Positions 37,285 to 48,706 of a DNA stretch of 64,000 nucleotides are shown piece by piece (position 1 is the first letter of the stretch; every line of letters starts with the position of its first letter). The notes beneath the pieces are model-generated. The model did not search any database, had not been told where the DNA came from, and worked only from the letters and a program-made list of their open reading frames with translations. Location: positions 59,923,528 to 59,987,527 of the forward strand of contig NC_068991.1 in NCBI RefSeq assembly GCF_001194135.2. The letters are read 5' to 3'. The stretch comes from Octopus bimaculoides (Eukaryota). A program made the position numbers and the translations under genes.

Positions 37285-38335
37285 TCAGCACACGATCTCA
37301 GATCAGGTCACTTGCTATGCAAGTACATCTCAGTAACAACAAAATTTTTATTTAGCAAAAATATTTTTACAGAAAGAAAAGAAAGAAAAAAATTTGAAAT
37401 ATAAAAGATTAAATTATCGAGAGAAAAAAAAAAAGCTTAGAATTACTTCAACAAGGAAACACAGAAAAAGAAAAGTAATGCACACTCCAGTCTGAATGGT
37501 GTGCTTAGCTGTGCCTGCAACACTTGCTGTAACAGCTAACCCCACCTCGCAGGGTTCATTTCTCAGTTTTAAAAAAACCTGGTGCAGCCCTGCTGGCTTT
37601 CCAGTTTCCAGCCAAACAGTCCATCTCATGCCAGCATGGTAAGTGGAGATTAAACGATGATGATAGAGTGCAGCAACAAAATTTTGTATAAATTATTGTA
37701 AACAAGATTTGTTTTATCAATATAATCACACACGTTTTTTTGTTGTTTTACTTACCATTTGAAAGGCTTTTCCATAGTTACATTTTCATGAACAATCTTA
37801 GGGGAGTGCCACCTTGTTAGGTTCAGTTGATCAAATCAACCCCAGTATGTTTTTTAAAAAGTCTGGTACTTATTCTGTAGAGCTAAGTAATAGGGTTGTA
37901 AACAAACCAACACTGGTTGTCAAATGGTGGTAGGGGAACAAACATAAACAGAGAGACACACACACAGGACAGGCTTCCACACAGTTTCCATTTACCAAAG
38001 TCACTCACAAGGCACTGGTTGGTCTGAGCTAATGGGGAAGATTCTTGACCAAGGTGCCATGCAGTGGGACAGAACTCAAAACTACATGGTTACTAAGTGA
38101 GCTTCTTAACCACACAGCCATGCCTGCACCTGAAGATTGATTCTTCAGAAAAGCTCTAAATTTTGCCCATAGTTAGCAGGAACACAAGTATTGACGATAA
38201 AGTGTAAAAAAAAAAAAAAAAAAAAAGCGAACTATCTTGATAAGAATGATTAATTTACTTTCTCCATGACTAAAGGTTAACAAAGATCAATAAAATTTGG
38301 ATGTGTAAAGAATTTGGTGATGTGACAACCTACAA

Positions 38336-38486
38336 TCATTTGGTAAAAGCTCGGTCTTTAAACAGATGACGGATTTTTCTCTGAGGAATATGCCGAAAGG
38401 CTTCAGTCCAGCTACTACCCTTCTTTACTTCCAGAAGGATATCAACTACCTGGTTCAGAGTCAGAGATTTGTTGCCACATCCCCAC
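38336..38486 (-). CDS. TRMT10C: TRMT10C (mitochondrial RNase P protein 1 / tRNA m1R9 methyltransferase), last coding exon
   Basis: Acceptor ttttttctattccag|g. (R)WGCGNKSLTLNQVVDILLEVKKGSSWTEAFRHIPQRKIRHLFKDRAFTK* matches the TRMT10C C-terminus (W..GNKNLTLDQM..IL...W.EAL..VP.RK). Confidence 0.88.
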
Positions 38487-39204
38487 CTGGAATAGAAAAA
38501 AAGTGACAAATATTATTTGTGTGTGTGTGTGTGTGTATGTATGAATTTTTTAATTTTTACTTGTTTCAGTCATTGCACTGCAGCCATGCTGGAGTACCAC
38601 TTTAAGTGGTTTTCGTTTAAATAGATCAATGCCAGTACTTATTCTCAACTCTGGTACTTACTAAATCAGACTCTTTTGCCAAACTGCTTAAGTTATGAGG
38701 TCGTAAAGAAATCAACGCCAGTTGTCAAGCAGTGGGAGGTGTGTGTGATAGGATGACCCCCCCCCCCCNNNNNNNNNNNNNNNNNCACACAGAGACAGCT
38801 ATATATATATATATGTATATGATGAGCTCACATCAATTCAGTTGTAAATGAGTTACAGCAATGGCTGGGAAGTTAACCCTGTGATGAACTAGCTTCCTAT
38901 CCAGGTGGAATGTTGTAACCTCAGTTACTTATATGCCATGAAGACCAGGTTAAACTCCAACCTAACAAGTTTTAGAGGTCATGACAGACCAACTATATTA
39001 CATGATAGTGATGATGAATGAATGTGGTTTAAAATCCAGTCAAAGAGTTTAAAATATAATCTTGCCCCAACCTGTATGGATTTTTTGGGTTGTAATGTTA
39101 AAAAACCTCTCATTCTTTGCAAAATCACAAGAACTGATTGAGTCTCATTCTTAGCCCCAGTTTCTAAATTTTTATGACAACTGGAGAAAAATCCCTTTGA
39201 ATGC

Positions 39205-39460
39205 AAGAAATGAAAGAGGACCAAGATATGTGGTACATAGCTGTACTTGAGAAGACTCACCCACTACAACAGAATTGAGATCCTAAAACCAAGATGCCAG
39301 GTAAAAAGCATTGGTGTTGGTGCCACATAAAAAGCAACCTGTACACTCTGTAAAGTGGTTGGCATTAGAAACCAAGTCAAAACAGACTATAGAACCTGAT
39401 GTGGCCTTGCCAGTTCCTTTCAAGTTCTCCAGCCCATGCAAGCATTAGAAATGATGATGA
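39205..39460 (+). mobile_element. RTE LINE extreme 3' end
   Basis: QEMKEDQDMWYIAVLEKTHPLQQN* followed by a family-B tail ending in gatgatga. Confidence 0.6.
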
Positions 39461-39605
39461 ATAAGGTACAGGAAATGTAATGAGTAAATAACAAGTGACT
39501 GTGTAATGTGTGATTGCAGTGTATGTGTATGCAATGTGGGAGTGTAATGTATGCGTATGTAATGTGGGATTATGATGTATGAGCATGAAACATGGAGTGT
39601 AATAT

Positions 39606-39790
39606 ATGGATGGTCAAATTGATAATAATACATTTACTATGGTGACAAAAAACTGATATCAGATTTACTAGGGATGATCAAACTTATAATAATACATTTA
39701 TTATGGACGGTCAAAACTGATATTAGATTTACTATGGATGGTCAAATTGGTACATTTAGTATTGTTGGTCAAATTGACGCAAGATTTAAG
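39606..39790. repeat. Minisatellite with alternating about 33/31-bp units
   Basis: Units atggatggtcaaattgataataatacatttact (A) and atggacggtcaaaactgatattagatttact (B), in the order ABABAB. Confidence 0.8.
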
Positions 39791-39893
39791 CATAGCTGGT
39801 TAACCTGCTGCTACTACACCAGCATCATGGTTAGTTAGACTAATGCTTACCATTACAGTTAGTTAAATGATGATGACAGAACAAAACACTCAC

Positions 39894-40588
39894 CTGACAT
39901 AGTTATCAAGGGGCAGCTTAGCCATTTTTAGCTTCTCTTTTTTGGCTTTTGCCATTGTTAATGGTTTTGAAACAATTTTATCTACTAGTCCGCCAACAAT
40001 GTAGATGGCGTCATGGTCAAAAGACTGCAAGACTGACGGAGCATCAGGCGTTAGATACACCAGTTTCTCCTTTGGGTAAAGGTTCAGATAGTGTTGGTCA
40101 CTGTTGGTCATCAGAAAATGCTCCTCTTCATCTTTGTTGACTCTAGTATTGTCCAGGCAATTTTGAAACATGCTATTGGATTGGTTGCCGCTTAATACAA
40201 AATGGAAAGGATTTGGGTGGACCTTGTTTGATCCATAACCCATAAGAAACTGTTCGCAAAGTCGATGAACATCTTGCTTTCTCATGTACTTCTCAAAGCT
40301 CATATCAATGATAATTGGTTGGCCAAACATCATAGCATGGGCTAACCGTGAGTAATAGAATGAGTTCATGGTAGATTTGCGAATAAACAAAAAAATCGTA
40401 TTTTTTGACTGGCTAGGTTCGTCTTGTTCTTTAATCTGTCTGTTTTCAAGCTTCTGCTGTCTCTTCAATTGTCTTCCGAGTTTTGCAGCCTCAATTTTTT
40501 TTAGGTAACGATAATATCTTTTCCGGGCACTGACTGTTGGGAAAGTAAGCATCTCCAACCAAAGCTCATCAGTCATGTTGTCTGGAAT
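39894..40588 (-). CDS. TRMT10C: TRMT10C coding exon 2 (SPOUT/Trm10 domain)
   Basis: Acceptor ttattcaacag|att; donor gtcag|gtgagt (phase 2). Contains AMMFGQPIIIDMSFEKYM, PFHF, VYLTPDAP, YIVGGLVDK, LTMAKAKK and LPLDNY. Confidence 0.93.
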
Positions 40589-42340
40589 CTGTTGAATAAT
40601 GGTACAAAAGAAGCATATGAGAGAGAGAGAGGTGGGGGAGAAAGAGAGAGTGTGTATGTATGTGAAGGTGTGTATGTGTTTAAAAGCTTTGGTAAATATT
40701 GGATTGGGATTTGATTGCCCACATTAAGTCCAGTGCAGGTCAATGGCTTCAGCATGTTCTCTCCACCAACCACAGTCTGAGGTGAAGGCCATGAATTTGA
40801 GCTTGAGATTATACTAGTTTGATGAGCTGACTTTGGCACACTGACCTGACATATAAGAAGTAATAGAGAGTATCATCCTTCTCATTTAACATTTGTTTTC
40901 CCTGTTGTCATAAGTTGGATGATTTGACAGAATCCACAAAGCCACAGAACAGCACCAAGCTCCCATGTCAGCTCTGGTATGGTTTCCATGGCTGAATGCC
41001 CTTCCTAACACCAATCACTTTACAGTGTGTATTGAATTCTTTTTTTCATGCCATTAGCACTTGTGAGGTTGCCAAGTAACTGGTAAGGCAGGAAAAGGGA
41101 CAAAACCCCATCAATTACGGGGGGGGGGGGCATGGCTTTATGCAATGTGCTAAGAGATTACAGTATGATAGAAGGACAAGCACAGGTGTCTTGCTGTAGA
41201 GAAGATACATGGTTACCCACATTATATACGGTTGGTATATATAAGTGTATGCTTGAGAAATTGAAACAGTAAGAACTTGTGAGCATCAAAGAAATTCTAT
41301 AAGTGTGTGTTCATACATACATGTGTGTGTGTGTGTGTGTTCTGTAATCCTCAACTCTCCTTCTTCCACATTTGACAAAGACATTTTGCTAGAGACTTGA
41401 TAGCTTGTACTCTACCACTCTACAAAAGGATTTTCACCTCGTGGTTGTATGGCAAAATACCAGAATACGATGGGCTAAATGAAGTGGAAATCACAATCTG
41501 CAGAAAACAGAACTAGTTTGTAAATCAGAGTTACACATTGCTCTCTCTCCCTCCCTCCCTCTCCCAAACACAACAATTATTATTATTATTATTAACATTA
41601 TCCTTTCAGGGTTGATAAAGTAAGTACCACACCAATTGAATACTGTGGTTGTTGTAATCGACTAACACTCTCCCCCCAAATTGCTGGCCTTGTGCCAAAA
41701 TTTGAAACCATTATTATTATTAGGCAAGCTGAGGGTGGTGAGCTGGCAGAATTGATAGCATGCTGGGCAAAATGCTTAGTGGTATTTTGCCCGTTGCTAC
41801 ATTCTGAGTTCAAATTCCACTGAGATTGATTTTGCCTTTCATCCTTTTGGAGTCGATAAATTAAGTGCCAGTCAAGTACTGAGGCGGGGGTCAATAAATT
41901 AAGTACCAGTCAAATATTGGGGTCAATGTGATTGATTGTTCCCTTCCCCACAAAAATTCAGGTCTTGTGCCTATAGTAGAAAGGATTATTATTAATAACC
42001 CTTTAGTATTCAGTTTATTGTCAAATGAAATGCTTATTTATTTACATCCTTTTGAATTATTCATGCATTATCTTGTAGCTTTGAGATTTCTATGATGTGA
42101 TTGTTTACTTTTAATACAACATTGTAGGGTAGGCATGAGAGACCGGATCTAGCCAGTTTGAACACAGAACAATTAGAATATTTTGGCCAGTTTAAATGCT
42201 AATTACAATGAGGTCAATTTTTCCTTTCATCCCTCCCTGAGACGATAAAATAAAGTCCTAGTCAAATTCTGGGGTTCATATAATTCATTAGTCACATCTC
42301 TCAAAATTCAAGCCCTGTACCTATTAGTAGAAGAGATTGT

Positions 42341-42620
42341 TATTATTATTATTAAAACTATTACATGCTATATTAGTTAGCAGGGATGTTGTTTTGAAGT
42401 TTGGTGACAATGCATCTCCTTAAATCTCAAGAATCTTTCTCCATCAGTGTTAGGATTCTTGCAGAATATTGGAATATATTTTTCTGCAAGCCCGCATTGC
42501 AAGTCTTAATTCCAATATCCTTCAGTCACTTAGGTAGCAATTTGAGTGTTGTGACAAGTGCACTATTTGTTATAGGAATAATTGTCAACATGACTATAAT
42601 ATTCCACATGGCTTATAGCA
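42341..42620 (-). mobile_element. Decayed R4/Dong-like LINE 3' end (restriction-like endonuclease region) ending in (TAA)n
   Basis: AMWNIIVMLTIIPITNSALVTTLKLLPK*LKDIGIKTCNAGLQKNIFQYSARILT resembles RMW.....IPIVIGALG......L..LGI......LQK..L..TARIL. (TAA)4 at the 3' end. Confidence 0.6.
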
Positions 42621-42960
42621 TTATAAATACTTCCAGTTGGAAAGAAGAAACAAAATGAATTACAGCACAAGTAGAAAGATATATTTTTTCAATGCGTAAA
42701 TACTGAAAGAACAGCATATATAGTATAAAATCCTTACAGAGCAGAAAAATCTGTCAGCAACCAGTCATCTGGTAAGGATTTTATACTATATATGCTGCTC
42801 TATCAGTTTTTACATGTTGAAAATATATATCTTTCTGCTTGTACTACAAGACATTTCAGTGCTTAAAAAAAACAAAAAAAAAAAAAAACAACTTATGTTT
42901 GTTTACATATGACATAAAATGAATTACATATTTTTTATATTGAAGGGTGATAGTCTCGCT

Positions 42961-43217
42961 TAGTGGTTCTCAATTCGAGTCCACATGTTCCATGAAGGTC
43001 CATATAAGATTTAGTTATTAAAAATTATGTGTAGTAGATTGGTTATACTTCTACAATGCACAAAATATTTTAACAACTTTTTAATATAATTCCTAATAAT
43101 ATTTAATTACAAACATTTTAGGATTTTTTAAGCTTTGAATGGTTATGAGGGTCTACACAAGAGAAATAGGGATCAAAGGGGTCCATAGGTAAAAAAAAAA
43201 ATGGTTGAGAACCACTG
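42961..43217. mobile_element. hAT (Charlie-like) MITE
   Basis: TIRs tagtggttctcaa / ttgagaaccactg; flanks gtctcgct / gtctaatt share gtct. Confidence 0.6.
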
Positions 43218-43527
43218 GTCTAATTAATGATGGAGCAATTATTTATAGGGTTAGATGTCCTGCCAGTTCAGGAAAGGAAACTACTCGTCAGTCAGGCAAA
43301 GAAAGAGATAAAAGCAGTAGTAAATTCTTAAACATCTTCATAATACAATGCCTAAGACCATGCAGTATTGTTGTTGATGGCATATAAAATGTACCTCAAT
43401 TTCAGCAGTGCATATTGGAAGAGAAAGAGCATCAGGGACAAAATTAGCTTCTGGGAGATCCAACCTCACATATAGATCTCTCAGTGATTATTTTGGGACA
43501 TTGTTTTGGAAAACAGTGCATATATTT

Positions 43528-43770
43528 GCCATCACAAACATCGTTTTAACGCCCACTTTTCCATGCTAGCATGGGTCAGATGCAATTTGGTGAAGAGAAT
43601 TTTCTTTAACCAGATGCCCTTCCAGTCACCAATCTTCACAGTTGCTTCTTATATGCCATCACAAACATCGTTTTAACGTCCACTTTTCCACGCTAGCATG
43701 GGTCAGATGCAATTTGGTAGGAGAATTTTCTTTGGCCAGATGCCCTTCCAGTCACCAATCTTCAGAGTTT
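43528..43770. repeat. Tandem duplication (127-bp period) of a SINE tail
   Basis: gccatcacaaacatcgttttaacg.ccacttttcca.gctagcatgggtcagatgcaatttggt... starts at both 43528 and 43655. Confidence 0.85.
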
Positions 43771-44300
43771 CTGACTAAGGTAACACTTCCCTACGATCAG
43801 AGATGTTTTCATGGAATACTGGAGATGAAGGACACCCACATGCAATACAATGATACTTGTTTACTAGTGTCATGTGATGTCAATGCAAAGGGACACTAAC
43901 ACACACACACTGTAACAACATACCATCTTAACTTGGTAATGGAACCATAAATTTACGAAGTTGACTAGTGACAGACTTTGATTTTGGATTACCTGGAGTA
44001 CAATACCAATCACAGGACTTGTTTGTTAGTCTGTTGTATTTGTAACTGCAGAGCTGATGAAGTATTTCTCCTGGATTACTAATTCCTAATTAATCACTCT
44101 TTGTCTTGATATATACAAGCTTCTTTCAGTTTCCCTCCACTCATAAAGCTTTGATTGGCCCACAGTTATAGAAGACATTTCCTTATCCAAGGTACTATGC
44201 AGTGGTATTGAACCCAGGGCCATATAGTTGGGAAGCACATTTTTTACCATACAGCAACGTCTGTTCCTGAATACAGTAATTCAACAACCCAGTACCTTAA

Positions 44301-44510
44301 CTCTTTAGCATTCACATTATTCTGTTAAAAGTATTGCTTATTTATTCATTGTTTTGAACTAACCATCCATTATCTTGTAGCTATGAGATTTTGATTTTAA
44401 TTTTTTAGAATGACATTGTAGGTTAGTTGTGAGAAATCAGATTTGACCAGTTTGAAAGTAAAACAGGTAGAATATTTTGGCCGGATATGGCTGTTTTAAA
44501 TGCTAAAGGA
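44301..44510. mobile_element. piggyBac-like MITE
   Basis: TTAA|ctctttagcatt...aatgctaaagga|TTAA. Confidence 0.7.
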
Positions 44511-44621
44511 TTAATGCCGCATTCCCTTGTAACTCATTTAACAAAGAAAACAATCATAAAACCAATTACTAAATTACCTAAGATAATGATGACAGCACTA
44601 CATATAAATTCCATTACTTAC

Positions 44622-44924
44622 TCTAAAAGATCCAAGCTGTTTCATGACTTCATACTCAAGTTGTAAAATTTTCAATTTCTTCTTCGTCTCTTCATCAAAG
44701 TTTTTAATTTTCTCTGCTGCACTTGCACTTGAATTTGCCTTCTGAGTGTCTTTAATGTCTGTAACTGATGGCGCTGGTAGCTGTGCACAAAGACGCACAC
44801 CCGAAAGATGTTCAAGTGCATACTTTTTACTCCCTCTTGGAAGGGCTTGAAACATAAACTGCAATAGAGGACTAGTTCTGTTGCAATGCAATGACATCTG
44901 ACTGAAAAGATACCTTAATGCCAT
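44622..44924 (-). CDS. TRMT10C: TRMT10C coding exon 1 (mitochondrial targeting-like N-terminus)
   Basis: MALRYLFSQMSLHCNRTSP...LEYEVMKQLGSFR; donor aga|gtaagt (phase 0) joins IPDNMTDE. An acceptor ttcttcctcag| at 44932 shows a non-coding upstream exon exists. Total CDS 303+695+151 = 1149 nt. Confidence 0.85.
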
Positions 44925-45210
44925 TCTGTCACTGAGGAAGAAATGGAAAAAAAAAAAAAAAGAGAGGAAGAGAGAGCACAGTTATTGCTAGGAAAACAAA
45001 CCCACACACAAGATAACAATGTAGGAGAAAACAATTCCTTTACAGAATAAACTTCCTAATTTGTGACACCGGCACTCCGTCAGTTATGATGGCAAGGGTT
45101 TCAGTTGATCCGATCAACGGAAGAGTGCTTGTGAAATTGAAATGCAAGTGGCTGATCACTCCAGGCATGCGTATCCTTAATGTTGTTCTGAGGGAGATTT
45201 AATGTGATAT

Positions 45211-45263
<53 letters not shown>

Positions 45264-45684
45264 NNNNNNNNNNNNNNNNNNNNNNNNNNNNNNNNNNNNN
45301 NNNNNNNNNNNNNNNNNNNNNNNNNNNNNNNNNNNNNNNNNNNNNNNNNNNNNNNNNNNNNNNNNNNNNNNNNNNNNNNNNNNNNNNNNNNNNNNNNNNN
45401 NNNNNNNNNNNNNNNNNNNNNNNNNNNNNNNNNNNNNNNNNNNNNNNNNNNNNNNNNNNNNNNNNNNNNNNNNNNNNNNNNNNNNNNNNNNNNNNNNNNN
45501 NNNNNNNNNNNNNNNNNNNNNNNNNNNNNNNNNNNNNNNNNNNNNNNNNNNNNNNNNNNNNNNNNNNNNNNNNNNNNNNNNNNNNNNNNNNNNNNNNNNN
45601 NNNNNNNNNNNNNNNNNNNNNNNNNNNNNNNNNNNNNNNNNNNNNNNNNNNNNNNNNNNNNNNNNNNNNNNNNNNNNNNNNNNN

Positions 45685-47460
45685 TGGCGGTCAGATACGT
45701 TGAATGCACTCGAAGAAACTTGTGGAAAAAAATTATTTCACAGCGAGGTACCAACGGTCCTTTACGAAATATTTACCAATTTTTCTTTCTCGATCGTTGT
45801 ATGAAATATAGGAATGCAAAAATGAAGGGGAAGTTTTTCCTTTTCCGATGAGATATGAACAACTATTCCCCAATTTCACCAAGAAATAGACAATAATGAA
45901 AACAAACACGAGGACTGTTGTCTATCTCTCACTGTACACAACTCGGAGGAAAATCTATGACCAACCCGTCATATATCAGTCGAAACTGTCTCTCTATTAA
46001 AAGAGAATGGTGTGTTTTGAAGTGAATTTGACTGTTATTTCTAACAAGTTGTGCTGTCAGAAGATCCCTCTATGAGTAATGAAACCGAGTGGCAGAAGCA
46101 TGGTAGCTGCAACTCTAAGAGTTTCTCTTTCTCATATCGTCCATTCTTTACACAAGGTCGACAGACTATTTCAATGACATAGCTGAAGAATCGACTGTAT
46201 TGACAAATATTTAATGTTATCAACCATCAATATTGAAAAAAAAAAAGATCGGAATCTATTAATATTTGCAGAACATGTTTATTCCGACTTGGATTTAAAA
46301 CTTTTGTGAGATAACCGGAAAACGGTAAAGAAAGTCGCATGAAATAACCCATGAAAGGATCTTATAAACAATCCATCAGCCGAAGCACTTAGCACCCTCT
46401 TTTGTCAGCTAATCTATTTCCAAATTAACTATACACATATCTAACATAAAATGTTAATGCGAAATCACCAACGGAATTAATAATGCAACTTTGTAATGTC
46501 ATTAAACAGTTGTTATAAATCTATTATAACCGATTAAATCATTATTTCGTCTTATTCGTCCCTATATTGATAAGCACAAGAAACACCTGATAATATGTAA
46601 AACCAAGCTGCTTCTGAAATTTAGGGCGGGTAAGACATCAAATTTAAACATTCTTATTAAGGTATTTAAGTAGACTCAAATATTTCCTCACCTGAAAGTT
46701 GTAGTTTACATTGAACCATGTGGAAATATTATTGAAGACCGCTTACAACATTAAACATTATGTCCAACGAGTTGATGCTTCTCCTATTATTATTTTCTTT
46801 CTCTTTCATTCCACATCAAGGGTTCGATATTTAAAAAAAGAAAGGGTTATTTCTAACGACAGAGTAAATTAAGTATAATTATTTTAATAGATTCTGTAGT
46901 GTAGCGCATTTTGCTAGGAATGTCATTCTTTTGTAAGATGATTCGTTTTAGAAAAGGAAAAAACGATATTTTCTCTTTCTAATGTAATGCAGTATCGGAC
47001 CTCTTATTTAGCTTCCAAAAATCCGGGAAATACTGTACAATATACTGTACCCTGTATTGAGTAAAGCGAGCCTGTTTTTGAAGTTGCTTAATTTACATAC
47101 AGTGTAATGAGATAGTTTTCTATTGAAGTGCTAACGATTAAACACACTCTGCTTTACAAGTGTATTAATTTGTACTTGTATCTTTTAATAAAATCATGTT
47201 CTTAATTTTTCTTCATTTAATTTTCATCCTATTGACATTATACTATATACATGGTACAGTGTGATATATTTTATCAATTCTAAATGGATTAATAAATATC
47301 AGACAGACCCAGCTTTAGATGTGTATTTGTTTGAATGTTGAATATAATTTAGTTTTTTTAGTTTTCATAATTTATTTCAAGTATACGTTTAGACTATTTC
47401 CAGATAATTCAGAAATCCGGGATAATTTCGGTCTCCAGCGTACCAAATAATTGGTCAAAT
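45685..47460. promoter_or_regulatory. Candidate bidirectional promoter region for TRMT10C (-) and TXNL4B (+)
   Basis: Lies between divergent genes, is SINE-poor and is visibly richer in CpG than its flanks. Strong minus-strand donor cag|gtgagg at 46692/46691; ACTACAACTTTCAG on - at 46692-46705. Confidence 0.4.
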
Positions 47461-47551
47461 ATAGTAAGAAAACAATTTGAGAAAAATACACCCCCAAAAA
47501 TATATTTCATACACACAAACATTATTTATATATATATATATACATACACAC

Positions 47552-47590
<39 letters not shown>

Positions 47591-48391
47591 NNNNNNNNNN
47601 NNNNNNNNNNNNNNNNNNNNNNNNNNNNNNNNNNNNNNNNNNNNNNNNNNNNNNNNNNNNNNNNNNNNNNNNNNNNNNNNNNNNNNNNNNNNNNNNNNNN
47701 NNNNNNNNNNNNNNNNNNNNNNNNNNNNNNNNNNNNNNNNNNNNNNNNNNNNNNNNNNNNNNNNNNNNNNNNNNNNNNNNNNNNNNNNNNNNNNNNNNNN
47801 NNNNNNNNNNNNNNNNNNNNNNNNNNNNNNNNNNNNNNNNNNNNNNNNNNNNNNNNNNNNNNNNNNNNNNNNNNNNNNNNNNNNNNNNNNNNNNNNNNNN
47901 NNNNNNNNNNNNNNNNNNNNNNNNNNNNNNNNNNNNNNNNNNNNNNNNNNNNNNNNNNNNNNNNNNNNNNNNNNNNNNNNNNNNNNNNNNNNNNNNNNNN
48001 NNNNNNNNNNNNNNNNNNNNNNNNNNNNNNNNNNNNNNNNNNNNNNNNNNNNNNNNNNNNNNNNNNNNNNNNNNNNNNNNNNNNNNNNNNNNNNNNNNNN
48101 NNNNNNNNNNNNNNNNNNNNNNNNNNNNNNNNNNNNNNNNNNNNNNNNNNNNNNNNNNNNNNNNNNNNNNNNNNNNNNNNNNNNNNNNNNNNNNNNNNNN
48201 NNNNNNNNNNNNNNNNNNNNNNNNNNNNNNNNNNNNNNNNNNNNNNNNNNNNNNNNNNNNNNNNNNNNNNNNNNNNNNNNNNNNNNNNNNNNNNNNNNNN
48301 NNNNNNNNNNNNNNNNNNNNNNNNNNNNNNNNNNNNNNNNNNNNNNNNNNNNNNNNNNNNNNNNNNNNNNNNNNNNNNNNNNNNNNNNNNN
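47591..48391. other. 801-nt assembly gap after a (TA)n run (other gaps: 3895-4307, 6819-7490, 9654-9790, 13349-13459, 38769-38785, 45264-45684)
   Basis: N run; every gap abuts or lies near a TA, TG or poly-C tract. Confidence 0.98.
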
Positions 48392-48576
48392 TTATCTTTC
48401 ATTCTTTCGGGGTTCATAAAACAAGCAATACCCAAGTACTGAGGTCAATGAAATCGCATTTTCCCCTCCCTTGAAAATCACTGGCCTTTATTAGTTTCTT
48501 TTTTTACTCCATGTTCTTACTGTGTAATATTGTTTAAATTTATTATCTTTTCTCCTGAATTATCGCAAAAGATAAT

Positions 48577-48706
48577 GGTACTGCTTAAATACAGAGGTCC
48601 CGACGCAGCTATGTAACCCCAACCCTAAAATTAACCCCCTAATGATTGCATTGCAAAAACCTATCGTTATGTAGATGCATCGGGACCTCTGTATTTAAGT
48701 AGTGCC
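48577..48706. mobile_element. 130-bp MITE with GG...CC ends and a perfect 8-bp TSD (Merlin-like)
   Basis: 31-bp TIR ggtactgcttaaatacagaggtcccgacgca / tgcatcgggacctctgtatttaagtagtgcc (3 mismatches); TSD aagataat at 48569-76 and 48707-14. Confidence 0.85.

Noticed and set aside
38130-38155. CUGAAGA...GAAA as a hammerhead
   Set aside because: CUGAAGA pairs with the adjacent UCUUCAG as a simple hairpin; no stems I or III.
38979-39260. 93-aa minus-strand ORF as the TRMT10C final exon
   Set aside because: The true final exon is 38486-38336 (phase and motif match); this ORF overlaps an RTE 3' end on the other strand.
39606-39790. CRISPR-like appearance of about 31-bp repeats
   Set aside because: No unique spacers, degenerate units, eukaryotic intron, no cas genes.
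44073-44110. CUGAUGA box in the TRMT10C intron
   Set aside because: No downstream GAAA or stem II.
46919-46983. ATG TCA TTC (MSF...) as a possible TXNL4B first exon
   Set aside because: Continues MSFFCKMIRFRKGKNDIFSF*; no similarity beyond three residues and no suitable donor.
48620-48645. Telomeric repeat
   Set aside because: Only one or two imperfect CCCTAA units inside a MITE; not an interstitial telomere array.
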